Positions 1-9,780 of a stretch of DNA of 64,000 nt are shown piece by piece. The position numbers were made by a program, and so were the translations under genes. The stretch is from IMG/VR virus record IMGVR_UViG_3300048035_000135, positions 31,864 through 95,863 of that record; one strand, 5' to 3'. The notes under the pieces were generated by a model, which was given only the letters and a program-made list of their open reading frames with translations, ran no database searches and had not been told where the DNA came from. Positions within the stretch are counted from its first letter, which is position 1. The number at the start of each line of letters is the position of its first letter. This DNA comes from a virus.

Positions 1-1038
1 TTTACCAGCAGTTTCTACTAAGTTTCTGATTGATTCATAAACTTTTTCTAATCCTTCTTTTCTATATACAGTTTCACCAAATGATGTGTATGCTTTAACA
101 GCTTCTAAGAAAGCTCCTTTTTGTTCAGTAGTCATTTCAGTAGTTTCATCTCTATCATTTTCCTTTACAAAAGGTGAGTGAAATGGGTTTGAATATACTT
201 TCATATTTTCAAACGATTCGTTTAGTAAATCTTTTAGTTTCATAGTTCCCTCTAATTTTGCTTCCATCATTTTTTTAGCTTCAGCTTCTATTTGCTTTTT
301 AATTTTAGATGGTAATTTTTTATCGTAATATTTTATTTTACCTTTAGTATCAATGTGGGCTACATTTTTGTAATCACCAGCTTCTTCTTCAGCTTTATTA
401 TAAATAGTTAATCCGTTTCCTTTACGAGCCATACCAATATCGTATTTTGCTTCGTTCATCTTCATAGATTCCATCAAACCGATTGCGGTACTGCCCACTT
501 CTCTATCACCTTTATCAACATACCTCTTATTAACGATACCAAATTTGAATCCATCGATTTCAATCTGATACATTGGCATCATCGTAGAACTATAGAAGTA
601 TTTCTTTTTGTAACCACCTTTATCTAATTCTTTACCGATTGCAAAGAAATCCTTTGCCTTACCAACTAAATCAGCCAATCTATCTAAGTGAGTACCAGCA
701 TCATCTCTTTCGTTAAGTGATTCTTCGTTTACATTATCTCTCATAGCTCTGGATAAATCTTTGATGTACTTTAATTCTTCTTTAGCACCTTTGTGTTTAG
801 CGTATCTATCCAATCCCATACTACTCATAATACCTAATGATAAATGTAATCTAGCTTTTGCAGCTTTTGGATACTTTCTACCATAAGGTGAAGAGTTAAA
901 CCAATCAATCATAGCTTGTGCCATTTCTTTTGATAGTTTGATTCCTTCTACTCTATCAGTATTACCTTTTACAACCTGCTTTAGTCCACCGATTGCTGAG
1001 ATTTCGTTAAGTGAGTTTTTTATATCAGTTAATTTCAT
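1..1038 (-). CDS. Partial head-associated multi-module protein (runs off left edge; absent from ORF track)
   Basis: Manual translation from ATG 1038 (AGGAG upstream): MKLTDIKNSLNEISAIGG..., open to position 1. In-frame internal MKLKDLLNES at 243. Repeated L/M-x-E motifs. Confidence 0.85.
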   Translation of the reverse strand, partial: MKLTDIKNSLNEISAIGGLKQVVKGNTDRVEGIKLSKEMAQAMIDWFNSSPYGRKYPKAAKARLHLSLGIMSSMGLDRYAKHKGAKEELKYIKDLSRAMRDNVNEESLNERDDAGTHLDRLADLVGKAKDFFAIGKELDKGGYKKKYFYSSTMMPMYQIEIDGFKFGIVNKRYVDKGDREVGSTAIGLMESMKMNEAKYDIGMARKGNGLTIYNKAEEEAGDYKNVAHIDTKGKIKYYDKKLPSKIKKQIEAEAKKMMEAKLEGTMKLKDLLNESFENMKVYSNPFHSPFVKENDRDETTEMTTEQKGAFLEAVKAYTSFGETVYRKEGLEKVYESIRNLVETAGK

Positions 1039-1048
1039 TTATTATCTC

Positions 1049-1666
1049 CTAAATAGAACAAACACCATCAATTTCACAGATGATATCTCGTACTAATGTA
1101 TTAATCTTTTTATATGAAGGTGTTTTTGCCTTTCCAACTACTGATTCGTTCATGGGTCTCATAAATGCGCCATGTGTTGATGGGTTTGAAACAAAATCCC
1201 AACAAATTAAATCAAAATCATCTTCTACAGTAACAGATTTACCATTACTAGCTTCTTTTACAGAACCCATACCTCTTGAAGAGATACCAACAGTACAACC
1301 TGCCTCTAAAAGTTCTTTAAGGATGTTCCCTGCTGGAGTTTTAAGTATTTCTACCTTACCCATCACATCATCACCCTTCCAATATACTTCTCTGATGATA
1401 TGTGAAGTGTTTTTTAGTTCAACTACCGAAGATTCAGGATGGTCTAACTCACCAAACGCTCTATTTTCTTTGATTTCTCTATTTTTGTATTTATCCACTT
1501 CTCTTTCTAAGATTGAACGTGGATAAACTCTACCATTTTGATTTTCAGCTTCAGCACGTTGCAGGACACCATTAACAATCAACCTACCATTGTTATCTTC
1601 CAATGATTCATTGATTTGCCTCTTAGTCATAGTAAAAGGAATTGTATCTATAAGTAATCTTCCCAT
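1049..1666 (-). CDS. Prohead core protease (T4 gp21-like)
   Basis: NQNGRVYP, GELDHP, GISSRGMGS and WDFVSNPST motifs. Likely start is ATG 1666 (TAATG overlap with upstream small ORF). Confidence 0.95.
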   Translation of the reverse strand: MGRLLIDTIPFTMTKRQINESLEDNNGRLIVNGVLQRAEAENQNGRVYPRSILEREVDKYKNREIKENRAFGELDHPESSVVELKNTSHIIREVYWKGDDVMGKVEILKTPAGNILKELLEAGCTVGISSRGMGSVKEASNGKSVTVEDDFDLICWDFVSNPSTHGAFMRPMNESVVGKAKTPSYKKINTLVRDIICEIDGVCSI

Positions 1667-1800
1667 TATGCTCCCCAAACTTTTCGTTTTCTATATAAAT
1701 CAAACATGATTTGTGCTACTTCATATCTTATAAATAGACGAATATTCTCCAAATCCTTATTTGAGAGTTCTTCTTTTAATATTTTCTTTTTGGAACTCAT
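1666..1800 (-). CDS. Small hypothetical protein, 44 aa (not in ORF track)
   Basis: MSSKKKILKEELSNKDLENIRLFIRYEVAQIMFDLYRKRKVWGA. Fills the gap exactly, overlapping both neighbours (ATGA, TAATG). Confidence 0.75.
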   Translation of the reverse strand: MSSKKKILKEELSNKDLENIRLFIRYEVAQIMFDLYRKRKVWGA

Positions 1801-2285
1801 GCTGATAACTCTTTTAGGTTTCTAGCTACCTTTAACATACGTTCTGAAATTTTTCCAAATCTTTTTTTAGTTGATTCCCAATATTGACCCGAATGAACAC
1901 CAGCTTCTGTTTTCAATTTAGCGTTTTGATTAACCATTCTTTCCAACTTAAACATCATACTATTGATTTCTTTAATAGAATCATTTATTTTTTGATGTTG
2001 CTTTCTTGAATCATCTTTTTTAAACTCTTTATAAGAAATCTCATTGATTTTATTTTCTAACTTACGTTCTAATGATTCTAATTTTTTAGTATTCATTTTT
2101 TTCTCCTTTGATTTCTTATATCCTAAAACTTCAATATGTTCATCATCCAAATCATCTTCATCTTTACTTTTAGCAAAGGCATGTGGGGTTTTAATAGGGC
2201 CCTCACCACCATCTAAATTAGCAGTTACGTTAGATTCTTCGATTTCTTCGAACTTATCTTCAATTTCTTTTATTAAACTTTTCAT
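1797..2285 (-). CDS. Hypothetical head-module protein with I/L-x-E sites
   Basis: ORF track; coupled to neighbours; EEIEES and KINEIS motifs. Confidence 0.75.
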   Translation of the reverse strand: MKSLIKEIEDKFEEIEESNVTANLDGGEGPIKTPHAFAKSKDEDDLDDEHIEVLGYKKSKEKKMNTKKLESLERKLENKINEISYKEFKKDDSRKQHQKINDSIKEINSMMFKLERMVNQNAKLKTEAGVHSGQYWESTKKRFGKISERMLKVARNLKELSA

Positions 2286-3130
2286 TTAAACACCCTTTTC
2301 AATTCAGATTTAAGTTCGTGATATCTAAGTAGTGATAAAATTTGAGATTCTGTAATTACTTTAGCTGCTTTTAACTTACTAATGAGTTTTAATACTTCAT
2401 TTACTTTAATCTTAGTAACAGTATCTGTAACTTTTACATTTTCAATTTCTTTTTTAAGTAAATTACACTCTCTTATTACAAATTTCTTTAATTTTTGAGA
2501 ATTATCTACTGAGTTGATGTATTCTCTCAAAATATTTTGTTGTTTATCAGTAAGATTTGTATATTTGTTGTTAAAATTCTCAACTAACATCTTCCATGCT
2601 AACAATCTCACCTCTTTTGGTTGTTTAGAATAATCTTCGTTAATGGTAGATGTTACTTTATCTTCTGATTTAGAATTGTTTGTTAACGATTCTAACAATG
2701 TTGATTTACATTCTACATATTCCTTTGGATTATCAGATGTAGTATGTTCAAATAATTTATATATAGATGCATTTGCTTTATAGTTAGATACTCTATACTT
2801 AAAGAAATCTTCTAAAACAAAATTTTTCTTAATAGCTTTGATTAAATTGTACTTCTGTCTATTTAAAACAGATTCGTTTAATTTTTTTCTTTCACTAAGT
2901 ATGATGTTTACAAACTCAGATGCTTTATACTCTGAAGAAAATGATTCTTCAATAAATACTTTATATAATTTAAGTTCCTTAGCTAATTCTGTACTCTTAC
3001 CAAAGTGCTCTCTTATAATGTAAGTAGCTCTTGAATCTTTATTGTTCAAAGTATCGGTACTGATTTGTCTTACCAATAATTCGAATAAGATTCCTGTATT
3101 TTTGTACTTACTATGTTTCAATTTCTTCAT
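2282..3130 (-). CDS. Hypothetical head-module protein between portal and protease
   Basis: 282 aa helical ORF; GAGGA SD and ATATTTATA motif upstream. Confidence 0.8.
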   Translation of the reverse strand: MKKLKHSKYKNTGILFELLVRQISTDTLNNKDSRATYIIREHFGKSTELAKELKLYKVFIEESFSSEYKASEFVNIILSERKKLNESVLNRQKYNLIKAIKKNFVLEDFFKYRVSNYKANASIYKLFEHTTSDNPKEYVECKSTLLESLTNNSKSEDKVTSTINEDYSKQPKEVRLLAWKMLVENFNNKYTNLTDKQQNILREYINSVDNSQKLKKFVIRECNLLKKEIENVKVTDTVTKIKVNEVLKLISKLKAAKVITESQILSLLRYHELKSELKRVFK

Positions 3131-3171
3131 TTGTTTCCTCAGTTTTCGATAAAAGCAACTATATATTTTGT

Positions 3172-3180
3172 TATAAATAT
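3172..3180 (-). promoter_or_regulatory. ATATTTATA candidate late-promoter motif (also 5090-5098, 7658-7666, 10800-10808, 24553-24561, 32997-33005, 44911-44919, 63873-63881; ATATTTATT at 13147-13155, 54207-54215)
   Basis: Same 9-mer on the coding strand shortly upstream of starts in most intergenic gaps of the structural region. Confidence 0.6.
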
Positions 3181-3187
3181 TATATTT

Positions 3188-5059
3188 TTAAGAATCCAAT
3201 ATGTTTTTCTCATCCAATAATGATAAACTTTCATCATTGGTGTCCTCTTTTAACGATTCTATTATTATTTTTTTGGTTTTTCTATTAGATTTCATACGTC
3301 CAATAACTGCATCAATCTGTTCTTGATTGATAACGGAAGTAGCGTTATATCCTTCAGGTCTTATATCAATACTTTTGTTACCTAAAGGGTCTCTACCGAA
3401 TGGTGATTTATCTTTACCATACGTTCCACCTTCCTTAGGTCTACCAGCACCTTCAAATCCCCCTTCAGGAGCTCCACCTTTGTTTTCACCGAATGCCCCA
3501 CCAGCATCACCACCACCTTCTTGTGTTGTTAGTGCTGCTAAATCATGTGGTGTACCAAATGATTCTCCAGTCTTAACTGGGTCATTACCTTCTTGCTCAA
3601 TCTGTTCGTGTCTGAATCCTAATTTCAAATCATTGATAACTTTGAATTGTTCTTCTTTCCATTCATCTTCACTCATATTAAAGATGTTTTTGTAAACCCA
3701 CTCTTGTGATACCATTCTTAAATCTTTGATATCACTTGCTAATGATACTTTTTCAGACCAAAGGTTTGCTTTTTCTTGCTCATAAATAATAGATGGAGTA
3801 GTAAGTTCTAATTCAAAGTTTACCAACTCTTCATCTGTATAACCTTGTGAGTATAAGTGTACAATTGCAATCTTAGTTAATTCTGAAAGTACAATCTTTT
3901 GGATTCTTTCTACAGAACGAGCAAATCTAATATCTTCTTGCGCTAATGTTGCTTTACCTTCAACACCTTCTTCGTATCCAATAAATGCTTTTGGAACTTT
4001 AAGTGCTGCCATCATTCTGTTTCTTAGGTATTCGATATCATCAATACCACCAAACTCCATTCCACTTAGAGAATCAATCTCAGTACCACTTTGTCCACCT
4101 CTAACAGGTAAATAGTAATCTTCCAACATATTCTGCATATTGAATTTAAGATTGTAATCACCAGTAGTTTCATCAATGTATGGAGTTTTCTTCATCTGGT
4201 CGATGATGTTACTCATATATGAATCAACCTCAGCAGGTGGAATATTACCAATATCAATTTTGAAAATTCTCTTTTCAGGTGCTCTCATAATTCGATGAAT
4301 CATCATCGCATCTTCCATAAGAGTTAATTGTTTCCAAGTCTTTCTTGCACCTTCTAACAATGAACGTCCATAAGGTAGGAAGTTTGTATCTGTTAATAAT
4401 CTGAAATGTGCTACTTGGAATGATTCTAAAAACTTAGTGTTGTTTCTTTGTGAAATTGCATTTGTGTTTTGTTCTTCAACCTCAAATCTTACTGAATAAG
4501 GATTATCTAAATCATATCCTTCTTCTCTTCTCGTTTCATATGCCGATAGTGGTTGTGCGTTTACAACACCTAACTCATCATCAATATCTAAGTAAAGATA
4601 GTAATCACCATATTTGTTCATACCTCTTACCCAAGACCATAAGTTGAACTCAATGTTCAATACATCATAGAATAAGTTTCTTAATGTTTTCTTTAATTTT
4701 TCATCAGATGATTTAACTCTAAGTACATCACCCATATCGTTTTTAAGTGTACACTCATCTGAGTATATATCTAAGATTGATGAGATAATAGAATCTTTAT
4801 CCATTGCCTCATAATCTGTATATAGTTCTAATTTATTCGAATGGTAGTTAAATCTTTCATTGTATGTTTGCCAATTCTTTCTTGAGTTAGAACCATGCAA
4901 TCTTCCATACCTATCATAGTAAGCTGAACCTCTTCTATTACCATCACTTTGTAATCTTGAAGAATCAACAACTTTTAATTTATCTTTACCGACTCTTCTA
5001 ACAACTACCTGAGTTGAGAATAGTCTCTTTAATCTACCGAATAATGAAGTATCTGCCAT
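3188..5059 (-). CDS. Portal protein (T4 gp20-like)
   Basis: MEDAMMIHRIMRAPEKRIFKIDIGN, MLEDYYLP, GTEIDSL and ALKVP motifs typical of gp20. Confidence 0.95.
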   Translation of the reverse strand: MADTSLFGRLKRLFSTQVVVRRVGKDKLKVVDSSRLQSDGNRRGSAYYDRYGRLHGSNSRKNWQTYNERFNYHSNKLELYTDYEAMDKDSIISSILDIYSDECTLKNDMGDVLRVKSSDEKLKKTLRNLFYDVLNIEFNLWSWVRGMNKYGDYYLYLDIDDELGVVNAQPLSAYETRREEGYDLDNPYSVRFEVEEQNTNAISQRNNTKFLESFQVAHFRLLTDTNFLPYGRSLLEGARKTWKQLTLMEDAMMIHRIMRAPEKRIFKIDIGNIPPAEVDSYMSNIIDQMKKTPYIDETTGDYNLKFNMQNMLEDYYLPVRGGQSGTEIDSLSGMEFGGIDDIEYLRNRMMAALKVPKAFIGYEEGVEGKATLAQEDIRFARSVERIQKIVLSELTKIAIVHLYSQGYTDEELVNFELELTTPSIIYEQEKANLWSEKVSLASDIKDLRMVSQEWVYKNIFNMSEDEWKEEQFKVINDLKLGFRHEQIEQEGNDPVKTGESFGTPHDLAALTTQEGGGDAGGAFGENKGGAPEGGFEGAGRPKEGGTYGKDKSPFGRDPLGNKSIDIRPEGYNATSVINQEQIDAVIGRMKSNRKTKKIIIESLKEDTNDESLSLLDEKNILDS

Positions 5060-5091
5060 AATGTTTTTCTTTTATATACTACTACAATATA

Positions 5092-5123
5092 TAAATATAC
5101 AAAAAATATTTTTAATATCCAAA
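5092..5123 (-). promoter_or_regulatory. Bacteroidota-type promoter upstream of portal, overlapping the ATATTTATA motif
   Basis: TTTG-N20-TATATTTA. Confidence 0.55.
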
Positions 5124-5125
5124 TT

Positions 5126-6694
5126 TTATAGTAACCAACTTATATCCTCATCACCTCTACCAGTATTAATCTTCCAAGCATCTTTTGCTTTAGATTGATT
5201 TGTTTTAAAAACACCCTGCTTAGATGTTAAGGATAATGCTCTTTTATTTAATTCGATTCCCTGCTGTCTTAATTTAAGTGCCGTATCTCTTACCCAAAGT
5301 CCTGTTGAAAATGATAATACTAAATCATCATTATAACCTTGTTGAGCTTCAGCTCTATTACCATTCCATATAAAAACAAAAAGTTCATCAATCAATCGTT
5401 TAGAACGAACAATCGGAACTCTTTCTCTCATATAAGTATCTAACTTTGAGATAACTAATGGACGTGTTCTACTTGTCATTGAAAAACCAGGTACCATTTG
5501 TGATTTATCTTTTAAATCATATGCTTTTTGTAAATGAATATCTTCATCTACATATCCAAACTCTTTGTATGAATAATATAAGTTTTTGTAATTTCTATCT
5601 ATTGCTTCTTGGATTACTGCCCAACCAATATTTGCGTTCTCAATCACTAATAGAGCATCGTTCCATTCAGTTGCAACATTTACTAACATATTACCATAAT
5701 CTTTAGTACCTATCTTACCTTTATATTCTGCTACTTGCTCTACACTTTCTACATCAAATACGTGAAACGCTGAATAATCTGCACCATCACCTCTCGCAAC
5801 ATCGGCAACCACTACATAATCTTTTGTATAGTTTGGTTGTGACCATAACCAATAATTACCATCGTATCCTCGTTTCTCTACTGGGTCTTGAACATGGGTT
5901 TCTTCATACCATTGTAGAAGTTGTCCATCTACGACTGTGTAACCAGATGAAATAAAATCACAATCACATTCTTGTGCTGCCATCTTCTCACCTAAGAGTT
6001 GAGTTTGTTCTGCTCTCCACTTATCATTTCTTTCAGGATGTACAGTCCAATGAAGTTTGATTGGATTCCATCCATCACCCTCTTCACCTTTAATCCAAGT
6101 TTTATGAAAGAAGTTACCAACACCATTTGGAGTTGATAATACGATTGCCTTTCCACCAGTTGATAATGTAGATTGAGCTGATGCCCATATCTCATCAATA
6201 CCTTTAATAAATGCACCCTCATCTATAATCAACATTGATAATGCTTCAGAACGACCTGCATCACCACTAGCTGATGTTGCTTTGATTGTTGAACCATTTC
6301 GTAATCGTAAGGATAGTTTGTTATCTTCTTCAGTATCACCCCTTAACCAACTCGGTAAGTTTTCATGCATATACCTAACCTTAGTAACTAAGTTTTTAGC
6401 TACCTCTTGCTTAGTTGCGATTACCAATATATTTTTATCATCGTGGAATAACATCATCCATAAAGAATAACCAGCGGATAATGTTGAGATACCTAATTGA
6501 CGGGATTTAAGAATTACATTATATCTATGTTTATCTAACTCACCCATTACATCTTCTTGAAATGGATACAAATCAAAAAGTATCTTACCTCTCTTTGGGT
6601 GTTGAATGTAACAATACTTTTTAAAAAAGTAAACTGGGTTTTTAGCACATTTAACGTACTCTTCCCTAATAAGTTCTTTTATGTTTTTGCTCAT
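5126..6694 (-). CDS. Terminase large subunit (T4 gp17-like)
   Basis: LKSRQLGIS Walker A region, LIIDEGAF Walker B, STPNG motif, nuclease DVARG/DYS/DDLV. Likely start MSKN at 6694. Confidence 0.95.
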   Translation of the reverse strand: MSKNIKELIREEYVKCAKNPVYFFKKYCYIQHPKRGKILFDLYPFQEDVMGELDKHRYNVILKSRQLGISTLSAGYSLWMMLFHDDKNILVIATKQEVAKNLVTKVRYMHENLPSWLRGDTEEDNKLSLRLRNGSTIKATSASGDAGRSEALSMLIIDEGAFIKGIDEIWASAQSTLSTGGKAIVLSTPNGVGNFFHKTWIKGEEGDGWNPIKLHWTVHPERNDKWRAEQTQLLGEKMAAQECDCDFISSGYTVVDGQLLQWYEETHVQDPVEKRGYDGNYWLWSQPNYTKDYVVVADVARGDGADYSAFHVFDVESVEQVAEYKGKIGTKDYGNMLVNVATEWNDALLVIENANIGWAVIQEAIDRNYKNLYYSYKEFGYVDEDIHLQKAYDLKDKSQMVPGFSMTSRTRPLVISKLDTYMRERVPIVRSKRLIDELFVFIWNGNRAEAQQGYNDDLVLSFSTGLWVRDTALKLRQQGIELNKRALSLTSKQGVFKTNQSKAKDAWKINTGRGDEDISWLL

Positions 6695-7290
6695 TTCTTT
6701 CCCAATTTCCAAAGAAACTGAGTTGATATGATTGGTTGAAATTGGTCGTTTAATCCAATACCTAATCCAAACGCCTGCTTCTTTCTCGTTCTGTATAATA
6801 TAGAACCACCAACATAGTTAAATTGTTTTGATGTTCCATTTAATCCGAATCCTACATAGAATTCTCTTGGATTTATGTATTCAGTTTGAGTTACAGTAGT
6901 TGTAGGTATTATAAGTTCTGATTCAACTAACCTATTGAAGAGTGTGTTTTTCCATATTGTATCTGTGATGGTTACGAAACCTAATGAATCTAATTCAATC
7001 TTATCAACAAACACATTTTTAGCGTAATAATCTTTTAGAACTTCTAAAGTATCAATTGGAGTATTTACTAAAATAGAATCAACTTGTGTAACTATTTTTG
7101 TTTTCCATTTAGGAACATAAACTTTCTTGTCTATGGTAATTGTATCGTATTTCGTTTCTACCTTTGTAACAATAGTAGGCTCGGATGGGGTAATTTCTCC
7201 CCCATCTCCACTACATTGTCTAAGTAATAATATTACAATTATTAAAACTAAGATTATTAGATTTCTAATATCTCCGAAATACTTTTTCAT
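6691..7290 (-). CDS. Membrane-anchored protein with C-terminal amphipathic beta strands (possible spanin-like lysis protein)
   Basis: N-terminal hydrophobic helix then LLRQC; C-terminal FYVGFGL/AFGLGIGL/QFLWKL. Confidence 0.55.
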   Translation of the reverse strand: MKKYFGDIRNLIILVLIIVILLLRQCSGDGGEITPSEPTIVTKVETKYDTITIDKKVYVPKWKTKIVTQVDSILVNTPIDTLEVLKDYYAKNVFVDKIELDSLGFVTITDTIWKNTLFNRLVESELIIPTTTVTQTEYINPREFYVGFGLNGTSKQFNYVGGSILYRTRKKQAFGLGIGLNDQFQPIISTQFLWKLGKK

Positions 7291-7298
7291 CGGCCACC

Positions 7299-7625
7299 TT
7301 ATTTTTTAGTAGCTGATTTTCTTTTTGAAGGTTTTCTACCTTTTCTGTTTCCACCTTTTGCAGCTTCAACAACATCTTTAGATTGTTTAGCTAAGTTTTT
7401 ACCAGCAGCTTTAACGTCTTTGAGTTCTTCTTTAACTCTTTTAACTCTACGCTTAACTTCTGATTTTACTTCAGCTACATCTTCTTTGATATCTTCTACA
7501 GTATCTTCTACTACATCAGGAATAAAATCTCCATCTTTATCTTTGATTTTTCCTGTATATAATAATACTACATATGTTGCTACTGCAACTCCGATAACTA
7601 ATGCTATGATTAATAATGTACTCAT
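7299..7625 (-). CDS. Small membrane protein (TM helix, DKDGDFIPD motif, basic coiled tail)
   Basis: ORF track; N-terminal TM segment; possible lysis accessory protein. Confidence 0.6.
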   Translation of the reverse strand: MSTLLIIALVIGVAVATYVVLLYTGKIKDKDGDFIPDVVEDTVEDIKEDVAEVKSEVKRRVKRVKEELKDVKAAGKNLAKQSKDVVEAAKGGNRKGRKPSKRKSATKK

Positions 7626-7690
7626 AATTTGCCTTTTTAAAATTAAACTTCTTATACTATAAATATGGTAATATATTTAATAAAACTATT

Positions 7691-9778
7691 TTACCAAGTT
7701 CTACACGCCCAATATCTTGCTTTCCACTTAGGGCCTGGATTATCACAATTCATTCTATCTCTAAATGCTTTTCTTCGAGCTGGGTCTGATTTTTTAATTC
7801 TCATTGTTTTCTCACCACCCTTGCCTTTGTGACCAAAGTTTACTTTCACTACATTACCTTTATCATTGTTAACATAAACTTTAAACTTCTTTACATCACC
7901 TTGCATAATTTTATTGAGTTCTACTTTTCTTCCTTGATATTCTGCTTCGTTGATTGATTCGTGCATATCTTCGATAGTGGCTGCCATATCACCAATAGCC
8001 ATAGTTACGTTTCCGTTTCTTTGGTATAGATAATACTTAACACCTTTTGGATTCTCTGGATTTTGTAGAATGATTCTTTCTACTTTTTGTTTACCAACTA
8101 AAGTTTTTCCTTTGGATACTACAAATTCCTTTTCAACTCCACCTCTCATTGATGAACCATACTTAATCGTAATCTTATCACCTTTTTTGAGTTTATCGTA
8201 AACCTTTAATCTTTTTTTCATATCCATAGATTTGGCTTCGGTAAACAATGTTTCACCACTTTTTGATTCAACACTAATTTTTGCGTTTGGATATTTCTTT
8301 TGTAGAATCATAAATATAGCTGGAACTAATTGTGGAGTTTTTACTAACTCTTGATAAACCACCTTACCTTTTTCAGAAACCACTATAGTTGCTGGGTAGC
8401 TACCTTTTTTAGCTGCTTTATGAATCTCACCTCTAGTAGCTTCATCGATTGCTTTTGGATATGGAGTATTTTTAGCTAACTTCAAAAGAGCTTGTAAATC
8501 TGATGATTTATTTCTATTGTACTTATCTGCGTTCTTTTTATTTTTGAAGATAGCTGATACTTTCTTTCCGTTATCATCAATCATAATAATGATACCTTTT
8601 TTACCAAAGTGTCTTTCATCAGTTACAGATAATCCTTCTTCAACTTTCTCACCTGCTTTTAATGGTGCCATATCTTTATACATATTGTACAACCAATCCA
8701 TAAAATCAGGAGTATTTTGGAATACTTTTCTATAATGTTTTTTGAATTTCTTTTTGAAATCTTCAAAATCTTTAGATGCATCAGCTAACAAATGAATGTT
8801 AGACATTACACCTTCTTCAATAGATTCTTTTGTAGTTCTCCATCCACCACCTGCTGCTTTGTATTGTTTAGCAGCCCAAGCATTAGCGTAAGCCGATGGA
8901 TATACATCGAACTTTTGTTTAGCTTGTGATTTATAGTAAGACCATTTAGATGGATTTGTAGGAACATTCTTTTCTGTAAGTTCGATTACTCTTTCTTCTA
9001 ACTTTTTACCTTCAACAGTTTTGGTAATTATATCAACATGCCCTTGAATATAGTGATGTTCTTTTTCCAATCCCATCATCTTTGCCATTTTCATAATGTT
9101 TTTTTGTAGATTCTTAGCTACCATTATGTAATCTTTTTCAGGTTTGTAACCATCTCTCTGAATATGTTCTTCTACAAAGAAAAGTACATCATGTAATCTT
9201 GCACTTCTTTCAGCCATATCCATATCAACACCTTTAGATTCTATATCCATATATAGAGATGATGCGCCAGGACAAACGTGAAAGTATTTTGTGTGATAAT
9301 TACCGATTCTAAAATCTTCTTTATCATTCTCATCTTCATTTTGGCCACTCATAGTTTCGTATTCATATGAATGAGTTACTTCATTGATGAATTTATTTAC
9401 AAACATTCTAATGTTTTCATTCATACCTTCTTTTAGTGAAGTAATTTTAGCACCTACAGGTCCACCAATAAACATCGATGCCCAATATGAAATAGCATCT
9501 ATAATTTCATACCCATCCCATTTAGCTGCTTTAGCGATTGGAACTCCGTGATTCATTTCTATTGAATCTTCCCATTCTCTTTTACCAGCGTGCTTAGCTT
9601 TATTCGCTTTAGGAAACATATTTGCTACTCTCTGAGATTCAGAATGAAAGTTAGCATCTGTTAATGCACCTATTAGGATATGTTTTAATGCATGGTGTAC
9701 TTCCGGCTCTGAACCTTTGTACCCTTTGAAGTATGCATCTAAATCTTTTTTGACTTTTTTATTTAATCTGGTATTCAT
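7691..9778 (-). CDS. Multi-module putative internal head polyprotein
   Basis: About 7 short modules separated by (L/I/V)-x-E linkers. Includes YPSAYANAW and AEYQGRKV...ARYWAC modules recalled from T4-like marine phages. Confidence 0.75.
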   Translation of the reverse strand: MNTRLNKKVKKDLDAYFKGYKGSEPEVHHALKHILIGALTDANFHSESQRVANMFPKANKAKHAGKREWEDSIEMNHGVPIAKAAKWDGYEIIDAISYWASMFIGGPVGAKITSLKEGMNENIRMFVNKFINEVTHSYEYETMSGQNEDENDKEDFRIGNYHTKYFHVCPGASSLYMDIESKGVDMDMAERSARLHDVLFFVEEHIQRDGYKPEKDYIMVAKNLQKNIMKMAKMMGLEKEHHYIQGHVDIITKTVEGKKLEERVIELTEKNVPTNPSKWSYYKSQAKQKFDVYPSAYANAWAAKQYKAAGGGWRTTKESIEEGVMSNIHLLADASKDFEDFKKKFKKHYRKVFQNTPDFMDWLYNMYKDMAPLKAGEKVEEGLSVTDERHFGKKGIIIMIDDNGKKVSAIFKNKKNADKYNRNKSSDLQALLKLAKNTPYPKAIDEATRGEIHKAAKKGSYPATIVVSEKGKVVYQELVKTPQLVPAIFMILQKKYPNAKISVESKSGETLFTEAKSMDMKKRLKVYDKLKKGDKITIKYGSSMRGGVEKEFVVSKGKTLVGKQKVERIILQNPENPKGVKYYLYQRNGNVTMAIGDMAATIEDMHESINEAEYQGRKVELNKIMQGDVKKFKVYVNNDKGNVVKVNFGHKGKGGEKTMRIKKSDPARRKAFRDRMNCDNPGPKWKARYWACRTW

Positions 9779-9780
9779 TA

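Noticed and set aside
5126-6694. Intein or intron in terminase (also checked thyA, primase, SbcCD)
   Set aside because: Lengths and motif spacing are normal, with no splicing motifs or homing endonuclease. The ~35-aa extra segment in ThyA after PCH is a simple in-frame loop insertion.
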